Part shown: positions 40,309-54,000 of the stretch, one piece after another
Layout: each line of letters opens with the position of its first letter
How positions within the stretch are numbered: the stretch's first letter is position 1
From: an uncultured delta proteobacterium
Lineage (GTDB): Bacteria > Myxococcota > Myxococcia > SLRQ01
Assembly: GCA_963727485.1 (NCBI GenBank)
Contig: CAVSGM010000009.1
Coordinates: 32,001-96,000 of the forward strand
Length of the DNA stretch: 64,000 nt
Direction of reading: 5' to 3'
Notes under the pieces: model-generated
The model's database searches: none
Seen by the model: only the letters and a program-made list of their open reading frames with translations
What the model was told of the DNA's origin: nothing
Translations under genes and position numbers: made by a program

Positions 40309-41225
40309 CGCCGGCTCCGCGCCGCCATCCACTCCGCCACGTACCGCCACACCGGCCGCGAGCGCTCGCCCGTGACCAGGCCCATGTGGTCCGGGTCCCA
40401 CGAGAGCCCCAGGTCACCCTTCCCCACCCGGCGCGCCTCGAGCTCGGCGCCGGTCGCCAGGCGCGCCCAGTTCAGCGCCCCCACCGGGTGGGCCATGAGC
40501 TTGTCCCCGGCGCCCACCAGCGAGAGCACCGGCCCCCTGACCCGCGCCATCCCCGCCGTGTAGTCCACGCCGTCCCGCGAGGCCCAGCGCTCGCGCAGCC
40601 AGAACCCGCAGGTGTCCTCGATGTACGCCTTCGCCTCATCCGCCGGACCGATGCCAAGGCGCTTGCTGGGGAACCGCCCGGCCACCCGCGTCGCCGCCAG
40701 GAGCCCGAAGATCGCCGCGGTCTTCTTGACGCGCATGCGCGGCGAGGGCTCCAGCGAATGGAGCCAGATGTTCGACGAGAGGAGCACGTGCCCGTCGGCC
40801 GCCGGCAGCCCGGTCCCCGCCCCGGCGAGCGACACGTGGCCCCCCAGCGAGTGGCCGACGCTCCACACGAAGTCGTCCGGACGCCGGGCGCGCACCGCGC
40901 CGAGCAGCGCGGGGACGTCGTAGCGGACCAGGTCGTCGTAGGTCCACGACCCGCCCTGCTCCGGCGTCGGCCCCGAGGCCCCGTGGCCGCGCCAGTCGGC
41001 GAGCCACACCTCGAAGCCCGCGGCGCGCAGGGCCGTGGCGAAGCCGGCGCCGTCCGGGCGCTCCATCGACCGCCGGTCCACCATCATCGCCGGGAGGAGC
41101 AGCGCCGAGGCGCGCCGGGGCCCGAGCGCCGGCAGCCGGAGCACCGAGAGCCGCCATCCGTCGGCGGCCACGACTTCCACCGCCTCGGGCTCGACCCCAG
41201 GGGGCATGTCGGCTACCGCCATCAT
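40296..41225 (-). CDS. Alpha/beta hydrolase
   Basis: DWRGHGAS, GHSLGG nucleophile, GAGDKL acid, DHMGL His. Confidence 0.88.
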   Translation of the reverse strand: MMAVADMPPGVEPEAVEVVAADGWRLSVLRLPALGPRRASALLLPAMMVDRRSMERPDGAGFATALRAAGFEVWLADWRGHGASGPTPEQGGSWTYDDLVRYDVPALLGAVRARRPDDFVWSVGHSLGGHVSLAGAGTGLPAADGHVLLSSNIWLHSLEPSPRMRVKKTAAIFGLLAATRVAGRFPSKRLGIGPADEAKAYIEDTCGFWLRERWASRDGVDYTAGMARVRGPVLSLVGAGDKLMAHPVGALNWARLATGAELEARRVGKGDLGLSWDPDHMGLVTGERSRPVWRYVAEWMAARSRRHRS

Positions 41226-41264
41226 CGCCCTTTCCGCCGGCGCCGGCTGCGATATAACCCGCTC

Positions 41265-41759
41265 ATGGCGACTACCTTCTCCATCGAGCACACTTGGCCC
41301 GTCGACCGCAGCGTGGTCATCGAGCACCTCTTCGACGACGCCCTCGGCGACAAGACCAACGAGGCGATCAAGTCCGCCGACCGGCGGCGCCTCTCCGTCG
41401 AGGAGCGCGACGGCAAGACGGTGCAGCGCTTCGAGGTCAAGGTCAAGGAGGTCCCCGCCGCGGCGCGGAAGGTCTTCAAGGCCCTGGAGTGGGTCGAGGA
41501 GTCCACCTACGACCCCAAGACCGAGCGCTTCGCCTGGCGCATCCTGCCCACGGTGATGAAGGACAAGATCACCTGCGACGGCGAGCTCTGGTACGACGCC
41601 GCCGGCGAGGGGAAGACGCGCCGGGTGGTCACCGGCCGGGTCCAGATCAAGGTGCCGCTGGTGGGCGGGACCATCGAGAAGATCATCGTCGACCAGCTCA
41701 AGCGCAGCTACGAGGACGCCTCCAAGGCCGAGAGCGCCTACTTCCAGGCCCAGTCCTAG
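41265..41759 (+). CDS. DUF2505/SRPBCC-like protein
   Basis: WVEESTYD, TRRVVTGRVQIKVPLVGGTIEKII. Confidence 0.75.
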   Translation: MATTFSIEHTWPVDRSVVIEHLFDDALGDKTNEAIKSADRRRLSVEERDGKTVQRFEVKVKEVPAAARKVFKALEWVEESTYDPKTERFAWRILPTVMKDKITCDGELWYDAAGEGKTRRVVTGRVQIKVPLVGGTIEKIIVDQLKRSYEDASKAESAYFQAQS

Positions 41760-41780
41760 CGCGCCGGGCCAGGCGCGCGG

Positions 41781-42056
41781 CTACGAGAGCCGCTCGTCGA
41801 GGTACTGCCGGACCTTCCCCTCGATCATCCCCTTCATGGGCCGGAGCATCAGGCTTAGGGATATCTCCACGTCCACCACCTCGTCGGTGACGGCGATGAA
41901 CCCGTTGGCGCCCTTGCGCTCGAAGCGCAGGACGTCGCCGTCCCAGTGGGCCTTCGCCTGGAGCCGCTCCTTGAGCTTCTCGGCGACCTGCTCGGCGACC
42001 TCCCGGGCCTTCTCCTTCCCGAGGGCGTGACTGCGCTTCACCTGGATGTCGGCCAT
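41781..42056 (-). CDS. Polyhydroxyalkanoic acid system family protein (PHA_gran_rgn-like)
   Basis: MADIQVKRSHALGKEKAR, WDGDVLRFERKGANG, LRPMKGMIEGKV; 91 aa. Confidence 0.85.
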   Translation of the reverse strand: MADIQVKRSHALGKEKAREVAEQVAEKLKERLQAKAHWDGDVLRFERKGANGFIAVTDEVVDVEISLSLMLRPMKGMIEGKVRQYLDERLS

Positions 42057-42061
42057 GGGCG

Positions 42062-45000
42062 TCAGTATAGGCCGGTGACCCGGAGGAAGGGACCGCTTTC
42101 GTTCCGGTCGAAGCGCGCGAGCTCGTCGTCCCCGAAGTGGGTGAAGTTCCAGCCCGCCCCCAGGCGCAGGTTGTCGTTCACCCGCCACGCGGCCTCGAGG
42201 AGGAAGCCGCTCTTCAGCGACCCGATGAGCCCGCTCTGGCTCGACGCCCCCGCCAGCACCCACAGCATCCGGTACTCGCCCGAGAGGTCGAGGTGGTCGG
42301 TGAGGTGGAGGTCCAGGCGGTTCACCCAGAGGATGGTGTGGGCGAAGGTCTGCGCCGGCCTGACCGCCGCCGCCTCGCCGAGGCCCCCGTCGATGCGGGT
42401 GAGCTTGTAGGCGAGCTTCTCGGAGAGCGCCAGGTGCCAGGGGGTCTCGATGGTCGGCGCCAGCGACAGGACGTGGCTCGTCTGCCGGTCCGCGGTGCCC
42501 GCCTGGAGATCCAGGGGCCGCTGGTCGATGAGGTAGGTGTACTTGAACAGCACGTTCACCCAGTCGTAGCCCACCGGCCGGAAGGCGGCGCCGGCGGTCG
42601 ACTCCATCCACAGGGCCTCGTAGAGGTTCCGGTCGACGTTCCGGGTCCCCGACCAGTTCAGGTGCCCGATGAGGGACAGGTCGCGGGTGAAGCGCCAGGC
42701 CACGTTCCCCAGCACCACCCCCTGGAGCCGGGTGGCCACCCCCGGGAGCGTGCCCACCAGCTTGGGATCCGCCGCGTCGTAGCGCAGCTCGAGGCGCAGG
42801 CTCCCCTTCACCGCGTCCCGCAGCAGCTCCACCGAGGCGTTCGCCGCCGTCCGGCTGGTGGCCCCCGGGTAGAAGGTCCCCGCGGGGTTGGCGCCGGCGG
42901 CCTCGAAGGGCGGCACCCCGTCGACGCGGCCGGTGGTCGAGATCCGGCCGGTCACCGGGTCGATGGTGGTCCCGGGGATCGCCGTCGCCGTCCCACCGTC
43001 CGCCGCCGCCTGGGCCCCGAGCACCTGGGACCGCTCCAGACCGAAGCCCAGCTTGATGCCCTTCAAGGGCTCGAAGTGGTTGGCGATGCCGAAGACCGCC
43101 CGGCCCATGGTCCCACTCATCGCCCCGTCGAGCTGGTACTCGCCGTAGGCGCGGGTCCCGCCCCCGAGGCTCTGGTCGGCGCCGAGGACACTGGTGAGCT
43201 GGGACCCGCCGTCCGGCAGCAGCGTCATCCGCTCGTTGGCGTAGACGTGGCTCTTGTCGCCGGTCTTGACCCGGATCCCGAGGATGCCGCTGTTGGCCCC
43301 GTCCCACCGCGCCTGGGCCGCGAGCGTCAGGGCCAGGGCGTCGGTGAGCTTGTAGCGCCCGCCGGCGGTCGTCGTCATCCGCGAGGCGACGTCACTGAAG
43401 TACCGGGCGTCGCCGCCGAGGGTGAGGTCCTGCTGGAGGAGCAGGGTCAGACGCTGGGTGAGGTCGTACTCGCCGCCGAGCGACAGGACGTGGGTCCCCA
43501 GCGTCCCGTTCACCGGGTCGTGGACGATGACCCCGTTCCAGGTCGCCTGGGCGCGCCACTTCTTCGCCGTGTGCCGCCACCCGAGCTGGAGGAAGGTGCG
43601 ACCGATGAGGCGCAGGTCGGTGGCGCCCGAGGCCCCGCCGCCGGTGGGCACCTGGCTCTCGGTGTAGTCGACCCGCCCCACCACCTGGTCGTGCTTCGAG
43701 GCGTCCCAGGTGAGCCGGGCCCCGGCGCGGCGCTGCCCCTGATCCAGGAGCCGCGAGCTGGTGTAGAAGCCGTAGTCGTCGAGCTCGAGGTGGGCGTCGA
43801 GGCGGAGGATGTCCTTCTTGGCGCCGAGGAGGTCCCCGAGGGTCAAAGCCCCGTCGAGCTTGAACGCCGTGCCGCCGTTTCGGCACTGGGCCTGGAACAT
43901 CGCGGTGCCGGTGCACTGGGGCGAGAGCGCCGAGTAGGTCAGGCCCCCGTCGGCGGAGTAGTAGCCCGCGGCGTCGGTGCCGCTGGAGTGGGCGAGCTCG
44001 GCCTTGAGGAAGCTGTGGGGCGCCGGGGTCAGGGCCGCGCTCACCCCCACCAGGCTGTAGGGGTCGGCGCCGCCGCCGTTGCCCTGGGCCAGGGCGCCGG
44101 CGCCCACCGTCACCAGGTGCTTCCAGCTCTCGTGGACGTAGCCGCCCCCGGCGAGGTGGCTGGAGTCGGGGCTGGCCCGGTAGCTGTAGTCGGCGACCAG
44201 GAACGCGGGGTTCCCGGCCAGGGTGCTGGTGAGATCCGCGGCCCCGAGCCACCCGCCGTCGGCCACCGAGCTCAAGGGCTGGTTGAGGATCACCTGGCCC
44301 TCGGCGTAGCGGACCACGTAGTCGACGTTCCGCTGGAGGTAGCGGGTGGAGAGGAGCGCCCCGGTCGACCGGTCGCGGATCTCGACCCGCAGCCGCTCGC
44401 TCCCCTCGACCACGTCCCGGTCCTTGAGGAAGTAGAGGGACCCACCGGTGCCCTGCATCACCACGTGGCCGTAGCGCAGCCCGGTGTCGCCGTCGGACAT
44501 GAAGGCGTCGGCGCGGGTGCGGAAGTCCTTGGCCAGGGTCTGGTCGAGGTGGAGCTGGGCGCCGTAGAAGGTGCGCTCGTAGCGGAAGAGGCCGCCGGTG
44601 CCCAGCGCGGTCTGGAAGTTTCCGAAGCGCAGCTTGCTCCGGTCCGCCTGCACCGAGACGTAGAGGGGCCCGTCGGCGGAGACGTCCTGCACCTCGGCGC
44701 CGCTGTCGCCGTAGATGGCGTAGTGGGCCCCGGGCTGCACCAGGTCCTGGAAGTAGGTCTGCTGCCGGCTCTTGGAGGTGTCCACGTGGAGGGTGAGCTT
44801 CAGGTCCTTCCAGGGGCCGAAGTCGCCGTGCCACCGGCCCTTCCCGTAGACCACCGCGCGGCCGTAGAGGTACACCGGCCCCAGCGCCACGCTGTTGTAC
44901 GGGGTCACGCCGGGGAGCTCGGCGCCGGTGGTCCCGGCCGCCGTGTCCGCGGCGGCGAGGAGGACGAAGCCGTCGGGGGCGCTGACCACCTTGCGCTCGA

Positions 45001-48000
45001 AGTCGACCTCGTCTCCCTTGGGATCGGTGACCTTCAGGTGGAGGACCGAGGCGCCGCGCTTCAGGGGCACCACCGCCACGAAGTGACCGCCGTCGGCGAG
45101 CTTCAGCGTCCGGCCGTCGACGGTGACCGTGTTCCCCGGCGCCGTGACCCCGAGGATGGCCAGGTGGTCGCCGTGGATCACCGCGCCGTCCGGGGGCAGG
45201 CGCACCCGGGTCTGCGCCACCGGGACGGTCTTGGCGTCCACCTCGGCGAGGGTGCGGGTGACCAGGGCCTGTCCCGGGGGCTTCGGCGGGACCCGGGAGA
45301 GGGTCGACGCCGGCGCGGGCGCCCCGAGGCGGGTGCCGCCGCTGGCAGGTCCGCCGCCGGGGCCGTCGTCGGCGGGGCCGGCGGCGAGCGCCGAGGAGGT
45401 CGCGGCGGTTGCCGGCGCGGCCGACGCCACCGCCAGCGGCGCGGCCGTCCCCGGCGCGGGCGCCCCAGGCGAGGCCCCGGGCCCGCCCCCGAGGCGCGTC
45501 CCCGACCCGGGACGGGCCTTCGCCGCCGCAGGCGTCGCGGCCGTCGCGGCCGTCGCGGGCGCCCGGGCGGTCGTCGCCGGCGCCGCCACCGTGAACGTCG
45601 CCCTCCGCCCGTGGGGCCCGGTGACCGTCACCGGCACCGCCCCACCCTTCGGCGTCGCCGTCGCCGTGAACGTGTCTCCCTGACGCACCGCCGCCTTCCC
45701 GGCGACGGTCACCGCGGCCTTCGCCGCCGGCGGCCCGGGCACCCGGGGCGACCCGGCCACCAGGCGGATGACCACCCGGCGGTTCTTGGCCTTGTTCCGG
45801 GGCGTGAGGTTCGGCACCAGGGGCTGGCTGTCGCCGACGCCCACCGCGTGGATCCTCGTCCTCGGCACCCCGTCGGCCTCGAGGATCCTCGCCACCTGCG
45901 CCGCCTGGTCCTGGCTGCGCTTGCGAGCGGCCTGGGGGCCTCCGGCGTTGTCCGTGTGGGCCACCACCTCGACCCGGGCCGCGTGCCGCGCCGACGCCGC
46001 CACCGACGCCAGCCTCAGCCGGCGCATCGGCGGGATCCGGGTCCCGAGGAAGAGCCCCCGAGGGTCCGCACCGTCGCCCCCGCTTCCACCGCGAAGCCGT
46101 GGGCCGGCGAGCGCGCGGTGTCGCCAGGGGCCGTCTCGACCTCCAGGTGATAGAGGTAGCCGGCGCCGGGCCGGAGCACCCCGCGCCCGTGGCGATCCCG
46201 GGCCGTCCAGTGCACCCGGGCCGGCACCGCGCCCTTCCCCGAGGCCTCGCCCACGCGCCGCCCCCGGGTGTCGGTGACCACCAGCGCCCACCGGGAGACC
46301 TGGGCCGGGGCCGTGGTCTCGAACTCGAGGGGCCGCGCCGGCCGCCGGTGGCGCCCGAGGCGGATCACCGGGTGCCCGCGGAGGTGCGCCCCGACCCCGA
46401 GCAGGGGCTGGGCCACGGGCTGGCCGGCGACCCGGAGCGCCGGGGCCCCGGAGGCGGGCAGGCGCACCGCGATCGTCACCGTCCCGGCCGGCCCCGGCTG
46501 CTTGCCCTTCGCCGACGCCGAGGCGCCGTCCGAGGCGGCCTGCTCCGCCGAGGCCAGGGTCACCGCCGGGGCCCCGACCCACCCGCCGGCCGCCTCGGCC
46601 GCGGCCTTCCGGTACCCGGGCAGGGCCTCCAGGTGGACCTCCCGGGCCTGGCCCGAGGCGTCCACCGCGGTCACCAGGTCCGCGGGCTTGCCCTCGGCGT
46701 CGAGGGCCACCGCGGCGCCGAAGGTGGCGCCGTCGGCCCGCCGGATGCCCAGCACCAGCTCCCCGTCCCCGGGCATCGCCAGGGTGGTGTGGAAGCGCCC
46801 GCCGGCGTCCGGCGCCAGCCCCTTGGCGCCGGTGAGCGTCACCTTCGGCGCGAAGGTCAAGGGCATCACCGGCGGCGTGGTGTCCGGGACGTGGGCGTAG
46901 ACGTCCACCCGGCGGTTCCGCTCGCGGTTGCGCCGGCCGATGTTGGGCACCAGCGGCACCGACGACCCGCGGCCGACGGCGACGACCCGGCCCGAGGCGA
47001 GGCCCTCGCGCTCGAGCCAGCGCTTCACCTGCGCCGCCCGGCGGTCGGTCAGGGGCTTCGCCCGGGCGCCGTAGCCGTCGTCGACGTGGACCTCGATGTG
47101 CCCCACCGCCTGGGGGTGGGCCTTGAGCCAGGCCACGAAGGGCGCCAGCTCCCGGCGCAGGAGGCGCGTCGGCCGGGTGCCGAACGGCGAGAAGCTCGCC
47201 CCGGGGAGGCTGCGCTTGAAGGGCTTCACCGGCGCCGGGTGCCGTCCCACCCCGAGGACGCGCACCGGGCTCCGCGCCGCCCGGGCCCGGGGCCCCTCGA
47301 CGAAGAGCCAGGCCGCGTAGGTCCCGTGGACGCCCGCGGCCTGCCAGGTGAGCGTCTCCGGCGGCCGCCCGGTGCCGCCGAAGGTCTTCACCACCGGCCA
47401 GGTCTCCGGCCGGTCCCCAGCGCCCTGGGCCGGCACCTCGACCACCGCCAGCTGCCAGTCGAGGACCGGCGCCGAGACCTTGGTGTGGAAGGTCACCGCC
47501 CCCGCCGGGAGGTCGGCGAGGCCCAGCTTGTCGGCGCCGGTCACCGTGAGGTCCGGGTGGAGCACCTCGAGGGGCTCGCCGGCGACCGTCGCCGCCAGGG
47601 CCTGGGCCGACCCGGTCACCGCCACCGTCGGCGGCGCCTTGGGGGCCATCACCTTCACCGTCTTGGGCGTGGACTCGGGCTGGTCGCAGCGCACCGGGAA
47701 GTTGAGCACCGTGTCGAGGCCGGCGGTGAGGTCGTAGGTCTTCGCCGGCGGCCCGAGGCGCGTCACCCCCGGGGGCAGGGTCCCGGGGTCGAGCTTGAAC
47801 ACCCGCAGCCCCGGGAGGAGCCGGTGGAGGTGGTACTTCCCGCCGGCGTCGGTCTCGGCGTAGTGGCCGTCGTCGACGTAGATGCGCACCCCGGGGAGGC
47901 CGTAGTCGCCCACGTCCTGGACCCCGTCCCCGTCGTCGTCGCAGAAGACCTTGCCGTAGACCGTGCCCTCGTCGAAGAGGGGATCCGGGACCACCCGCAC

Positions 48001-51000
48001 CGGCGCCTCGGCCTGGCCCAGCGGCACTCCGTCGAGGAGCGCCGAGGCCCGGTTCACGTGGAGGCCCTGGGCGGCGTCGGCGGCGACCACCAGGGTGTAG
48101 CGCACCTCGAGGCGCTGCCCCGCCGGGAGGTCGTAGGGCCCGAAGCTCGAGATCTGCCCGGGCACCGGCCCGTTCTTCCCGGGGGCGTCGCGCTCGGGTC
48201 CTGCGCGCTCGCTCGTGCAGCTCCCGCTCGCCACCTGGTCCAGGCGCGGGCAGGTGCGCTGGGTGCTCCCGTCGGGGGTGGGCACCAGGCGCGCGGCCAC
48301 CGCCGACCCCTCGACGAAGCGGAAGCCGTCGGGGACCAGGTCCTGGACGGTGACCCCGCCGGAGACCCCGCCGGGGATGACCTTGAGAATCCTCGCCGGA
48401 GCGGTTGGTCACCGTGACCGTGTAGGGCACCAGAATCACCGGTGGTCGCCGTGGCCTTGGCGGCGACCTTGGTCACCGTCACCAGGTCCGAGACCGAGTC
48501 CAGGGGGAGGTGGTCGTGGGTGATGGCGTCGGCGGCGGTGCCGATGTGGAAGCGCAGGTAGTAGGTGGTGTCGCCGGTGGGGTCGGGCCCCGGGCTCGAG
48601 ACCACCGGGCCGCCGGGGGCGAAGCCCGGGGTCGGGGGCACCGACACCGAGGGGAAGGCGAGCTGGGGCGCCGGGGGCACCACCACCACCCGGTAGGCCA
48701 TCGCCGGATCCGAGGGCGGCACGTCGAAGCGGTAGAAGCCCGCCGCCGCCCCCGCCGGGGTCTGTTGGCCCTGCTGGCCCATGGCGAGGCAGGCGGCGCC
48801 CACCGGCCGGGGCAGCGGGTGTGCCGCCGAGGCGCCGAGGGTCGGGTCCTCGACGAGGTCCACCGGGCTCTGGTCCGGGTCGCAAGGCAGCGGCGCCTTG
48901 CCCACCTGGTCGTCGTCGTAGAGGAGGTAGACGTGGGCCCCGGCGATGCCATCGGAGGTCCGGGCCTTGTACACGACCCCCGAGGGATCGATGAGGCCGT
49001 CCTCCACCTCCACCGCGTTCGGATCCACCGCGGGCCCCTGGGCCTCGCCCAGCTGCACCCCGGTGGGGGAGACGAAGCGCAGGTGGTAGGCCTCGCCCGG
49101 GGGCAGCCCCAGGAGGGTGAAGTCGCCGCGGTCGTCGGTGACCGCCCGGTCCACGACCTTGGACGGATCGCCCTGGCGGTAGGCGAGGACGGTGAAGCCC
49201 GGGAGCGCCACGTCGGTCCCGGCCTCGAAGCGGCCGTCGCCCTTGCCCAGGTCCTCGTAGACCTTCCCGGCGTAGCCCCCGTCCCCGGGGAGCCCACCGA
49301 CGATCTCCTTCACTGGCGGGAGGTCGAAGCCGTCCACGTGGTCGGACTTCACCCGGGCCACGTTCTCGATGGTGGCGCCGTCGGGGACCTGGCCGTCGAG
49401 GCGCACCAGGAACGGGATGCGCAGGCTGGCCCCCGGGGCCAGCGGCGAGGTGACGGTGAACACCACCTGTCCCCGGTGGTGGGCGCCGGCGGGGGGCGCC
49501 GCGAGCTTGCCGATGACCCCGGCGGGGGCCTCGTTCTGGACGAAGGTGGTCCGCGCCGGGAGGTCGTCGGTGACCACGACGCCCGTCGCCGGCACGTTGC
49601 CGGTGTTGCGCACCACCACCGTGTAGCGGACGAGATCGCCCTCCCGGAGGCGGCCGCCGTTCACGTCCTGCCCGGCCTTCACCGAGGTCGAGAGGTCGTG
49701 GACCGGGATGGCGCCCACCGGGAACACCGTGGGCTGGTCGCCGGGGGTCGAGGGGTCGGCGTCGGTGCGCACCATCACCTGGGTGCCGTCGGGGGTGGTG
49801 GCGGCCACCGTGCCCTGGTTGACCACCGTCGACGGCGCCCCATCGACGACCTTCACCTGGAAGGCGAGGTGGGCCTGGCCCCCGGCGGCGATGCTCGGCA
49901 CCGTGACCGTGACGCCCCCCGGCCCCGCCGAGCCCGCGTCGTCGCCCGGGGCGTCGGTGAGCGCCTGGCCGCCGAGGGTGAGGGTCCCGGGGACGTAGGT
50001 GGTCCCGGTGGGGATGGCGTCGCTGACCTGGACGTCCTTGGCCTCCACCGTGCCCCGGTTGGGGACCACGATGTCGTAGCGGACCACGTCCCCGGGCTCG
50101 ACCACCCCCGGGGTGTTGGCGTCGACCACCAGCTTCCAGGTCTTCCAGGCGGGCGAGAGGAGCACCCGCTTGCCCACCACGATCACCGTGGGGTCGCCGG
50201 GGATGGAGGTGGTGGGATCGTCGGTGCCCACCGGGGCGTTCTGGTCGCCGGCGAGGACGCCCTGGTTGGAGATGACCGTGCCGCCGGGGGTGCCATCGTC
50301 GACCCGAACCTGGAACACCACCGTCGCGAGCTCGTCGGCGGGCGCCTGCCCGTCGTCGGCGAGGACGGTGCCGTCGGGGGTGCCCGCCCGGGGCGAGCGC
50401 ACCGGGAGGCCCGTGGCCAGGGGGAAGGTGCCCCCGGCGCCGTCGGCCACCGCCGCACCGTTCAGGGTGGTGGAGCCGGCGACGTAGTGGGTGCCACCGG
50501 GGATGGCGTCGGTGAGGCGCACCCCGGTGGCGTTCTCGGTGCCGTCGTTGACCACCTGGATGCGGTAGGCGAGGACGTCCCCGGGGGCGACGTCACCGCC
50601 GTTGAGATCGGTGACGGTCTTGGTGCTGTGGGAGAGCCTCGGCGCCGAGAGGACCTTCACCTCGGTGGCGTCGTGGGGCGCCGGGGTCGCCGGGTCGTCG
50701 GTGGGCCAGGGACGGTCCCCGTTCTCGACGTCGTGGAGGACCGCCTGGTTGGAGATGACGGTGCCGTTGGCCAGCGGCCTGGCCACGGTGGCGTCGATCA
50801 CCAGGGTCACCGAGTCGCCCGGGGCCAGCTTCGCCAGCGCCGGGATCTCGGTGGAGGTCCACTGGGCGTCGCGACCCACCCGGTGGGACACGGGGGTCGT
50901 CCGCACCTGGGTCAGCGACGGATCGAGGAGATCGTCGATGACCACGTCGGTGGCGTAGGTGTTCCCGGTGTTGGTGTAGGTGATGGTGTAGCGCAGGGCG

Positions 51001-54000
51001 TCGCCGGGGACGACGTCGCCGCCGTTGAGATCCTCGACCTTCTTGGTGGCGGTGTCGAAGGCCGGCGCCGAGGTCACCGTCACCCGGGTGGGATCCTGGG
51101 GCGCCGGGGTCGAGGGATCGTCGGTGAGGACCGGCTGGGCGAGCTCGGCGGCGGTGATCTTCGCCTGGTTGGCGATGACCGTGCCGTTCTTCAAGAGCGG
51201 CGCCACCTTGGTGGTGAAGGTGAGCTTCGCGTCGCTCCCGGCGGCGACGGTGCCCACCTGCCAGGTCACGGCGCCCCCGCTCAGCGTTCCGCCATCCGCC
51301 GGCTGCACGTCCACCAGGTCGGGATCGAGGGGATCGCTGACCACGACCCCGCTCGCCGGGTGGGAGCCGGTGTTCTTCACGTCGAGGGTCCACCGGAGGA
51401 CGTCCCCGGGCTCGACCTTCCCGCCGTTGACGTCGGTGACGGTCTTGGTGGACGTCGAGAGGTCGGGGATGGAGACGGTGATCACCGTCGGGTCGCCAGG
51501 AGCCGGGGTCGAAGGGTCATCGGTGACCGCCGGCTGGGCGAGCTCGGCAGCGGAGATCCGCGCCTGGTTCACGATCCGGGTGCCGTCGGGGGACACCGGC
51601 CGGATCCGGGCGGTGAAGTGGAGGGTGACGTCGCCGCCGGCCGCGGGGCTGACCTTCGCCAGGGGCGGCGTGGTCGCGGGATCCCAGACCACCCGGCCCC
51701 CGCGCACCTGGCCCCCGTCGGCGGGGACCACGTCGGTGAGGCTGGGGTCGATGGGATCGACCACCTTCACCGAGGTGGCGTAGGTGTTCCCGGAGTTGTG
51801 GATCACCAGGGTGTAGGCGAGCCGGTCCCCGGGCTCGACCAGGCCCCCGTTCACGTCGCGGACGGTCTTGGTGCTCGCCGAGAGGATCGGCGCCGCCACC
51901 ACCGTCACCGTGGTCGGGTCCCCGGGCGCCGGGGTCGCCGGGTCGTCGGTGGGCCAGGTCTTGGCGCCCCAGTGGGCCACGGCCTGATTCGGGATCTTGG
52001 TGCCCCCGGCGGTCAGGGACTTCACCTTGGCGGTGAAGTGGACCACCCGGGCGTTGGCCGAAAGCGGCGCCAGGTCGGCGGCGGGCCAGGTGACAGTCCG
52101 GGTCGCCGCGGCGAAGGTCCCGCCGTCGGCGGGGACCACGTCGACCAGGTTCGGGTCCACCACGTCGGTGATCGTCGTCCCCCGGGCCAGCATGTCGCCG
52201 GTGTTGGGGACGGTGACGGTGTAGTCGAGGGTGTCGCCCGGGGCCACCTCGCCGCCGTTGGCATCGACCACGGTCTTGGTCGCCGTGGAGAGATCCGGCG
52301 CCGCCTTCACCGTGACCTTCGTCGGGTCCGAGGCCGCCGGGGTCGAAGGATCGTCGGTCTTCACCGTGCCGGCGAGGGAGGGCCCGGTGATCCGCCCCTG
52401 GTTGGCGAGGACCGTCCCGTCGTCGAGGGGGAAGGCGGCCTTGGTGTCCAGGTGGAGGACCACGTTCCCCGCGGGCGCCAGGTCCACCGCCGGCACCTGC
52501 CAGGTCACGGTGCGGGTGGCGGCGTCGTAGGTGCCCCCGCCGTCGGCGCCCACGAACACCAGGTTCGGATCGACCGGGTCGGTGACCGTGACCTTCCGCG
52601 CCACCATGTCGCCCTGGTTCACCAACGTCAGGGTCCAGCGCAGGGCGTCGCCCGGGCGCACCGCGCCGCCGTTCACGTCGGTGACGGTCTTGGTGCTCGC
52701 CGTGAGGTCGGGGGCCGCGTGGACGGTGACCTGGGTGGGGTCGCCCGGGGCCGGGGTCGCCGGGTCGTCGGTGGGCGTCGGCTGGGCCAGGCCCTGGGCG
52801 GAGATGGCGCCCTGGTTGGAGATGACCGTCCCGTCGTCCAGGGGCCGCACCACCTTGGAGCCGAAGGTCAGGACCACCTGCTGCCCCGGGGCCACGCTCG
52901 CCAGGGCCGCCGTGGTGGTGGCGTCCCAGTGGACGCTGCCGCCGGTGAGGCGCCCGCCCTGCCCCGGGGCCACCGAGGTGAGGTCCGCGGACACCGGGTC
53001 GTCCACGGCCACCTGCCGGGCGACGGCGTCGCCGGTGTTCTTCACCGGTGATCGTCCAGGTGAGGGCGTCGCCCGGGCGCACCTGGCCGCCGTTCACGTC
53101 GGTGACCGTCTTGGTGGAGGTGGTGAGGTTGGCGCCGCTGACCACCGTGACCTTCGTGGGGTCGCCGACCTGCGGCGTCCGCGGGTCGTCCGAGGGCGCC
53201 GGCTGGGCGAGGTTCGTCGCCTTGACGAAGGCCTGGTTGGCGATGACCGTCCCGTTGTCCAGCGGCGACACCACCCGGGCGGTGAGGGTCAGGGTGTGGT
53301 CGCCACCCGGCGACAGCCCCACGTCCCCGAGGGGCCAGGTCACGGTGCGGGTCGCCGCGTCGTAGGCGCCCCCGGCGGACGCCGAGACGAAGGTGAGGCT
53401 CGGGTCCACCGCATCGGTGACCGTGGCCGCGTGGGCCACCGCGGTCCCGGTGTTCCGCACCACCACCGTGTAGACCAGCTGATCCCCGGGCCGCACCGGC
53501 GCCCCGTTGGGATCGGCGACGGTCTTGGTGGTGGTGGTGAGGTCCGGCGCCGACTTCAGGGTGATGACCGTGGGGTCGTGGGGCGCCGGGGTCGAGGGGT
53601 CGTCGGTGAGCACCGGCCCCGGCGCGCCGGTCCAGGTGATGGACGCCTGGTTGGAGACGGTGGTGCCGTCGTCCAGGGGCTTCACCACGTCGGCCTGGAG
53701 GTGCAAGGTCGCCTGGGCGCCCGGCGCCAGGGCGCCCACCTGCCAGGTCACCGTGTGCCCGCTCACCGTGCCCCCGTCCGCCGGGGCCAGGCCCGTGAGC
53801 CGCGCGGAGACCGGGTCGGTGACGGTCACCGCCGGCGCCGTCTGGGTGCCGGTGTTCTTCACGGTGACGACGTAGCCGATGCGGTCCCCGGGGCTGTAGG
53901 TCCCGTCGCCGTTGCGGTCGGTGACGAGCGAGACGGTCTTGGTGGAGGTGTCGAGGACGGGCCGGGAGACCACGTGGACCACCGTCGGGTCCGGCGCGGC

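Noticed and set aside
46015..53045. Giant gene as four or five separate genes, or programmed frameshifting
   Set aside because: Breaks fall mid-domain (for example WTIT|VKNTG), there are no RBS or signal peptides at internal starts, no slippery heptamers, and single-base repairs restore one frame.
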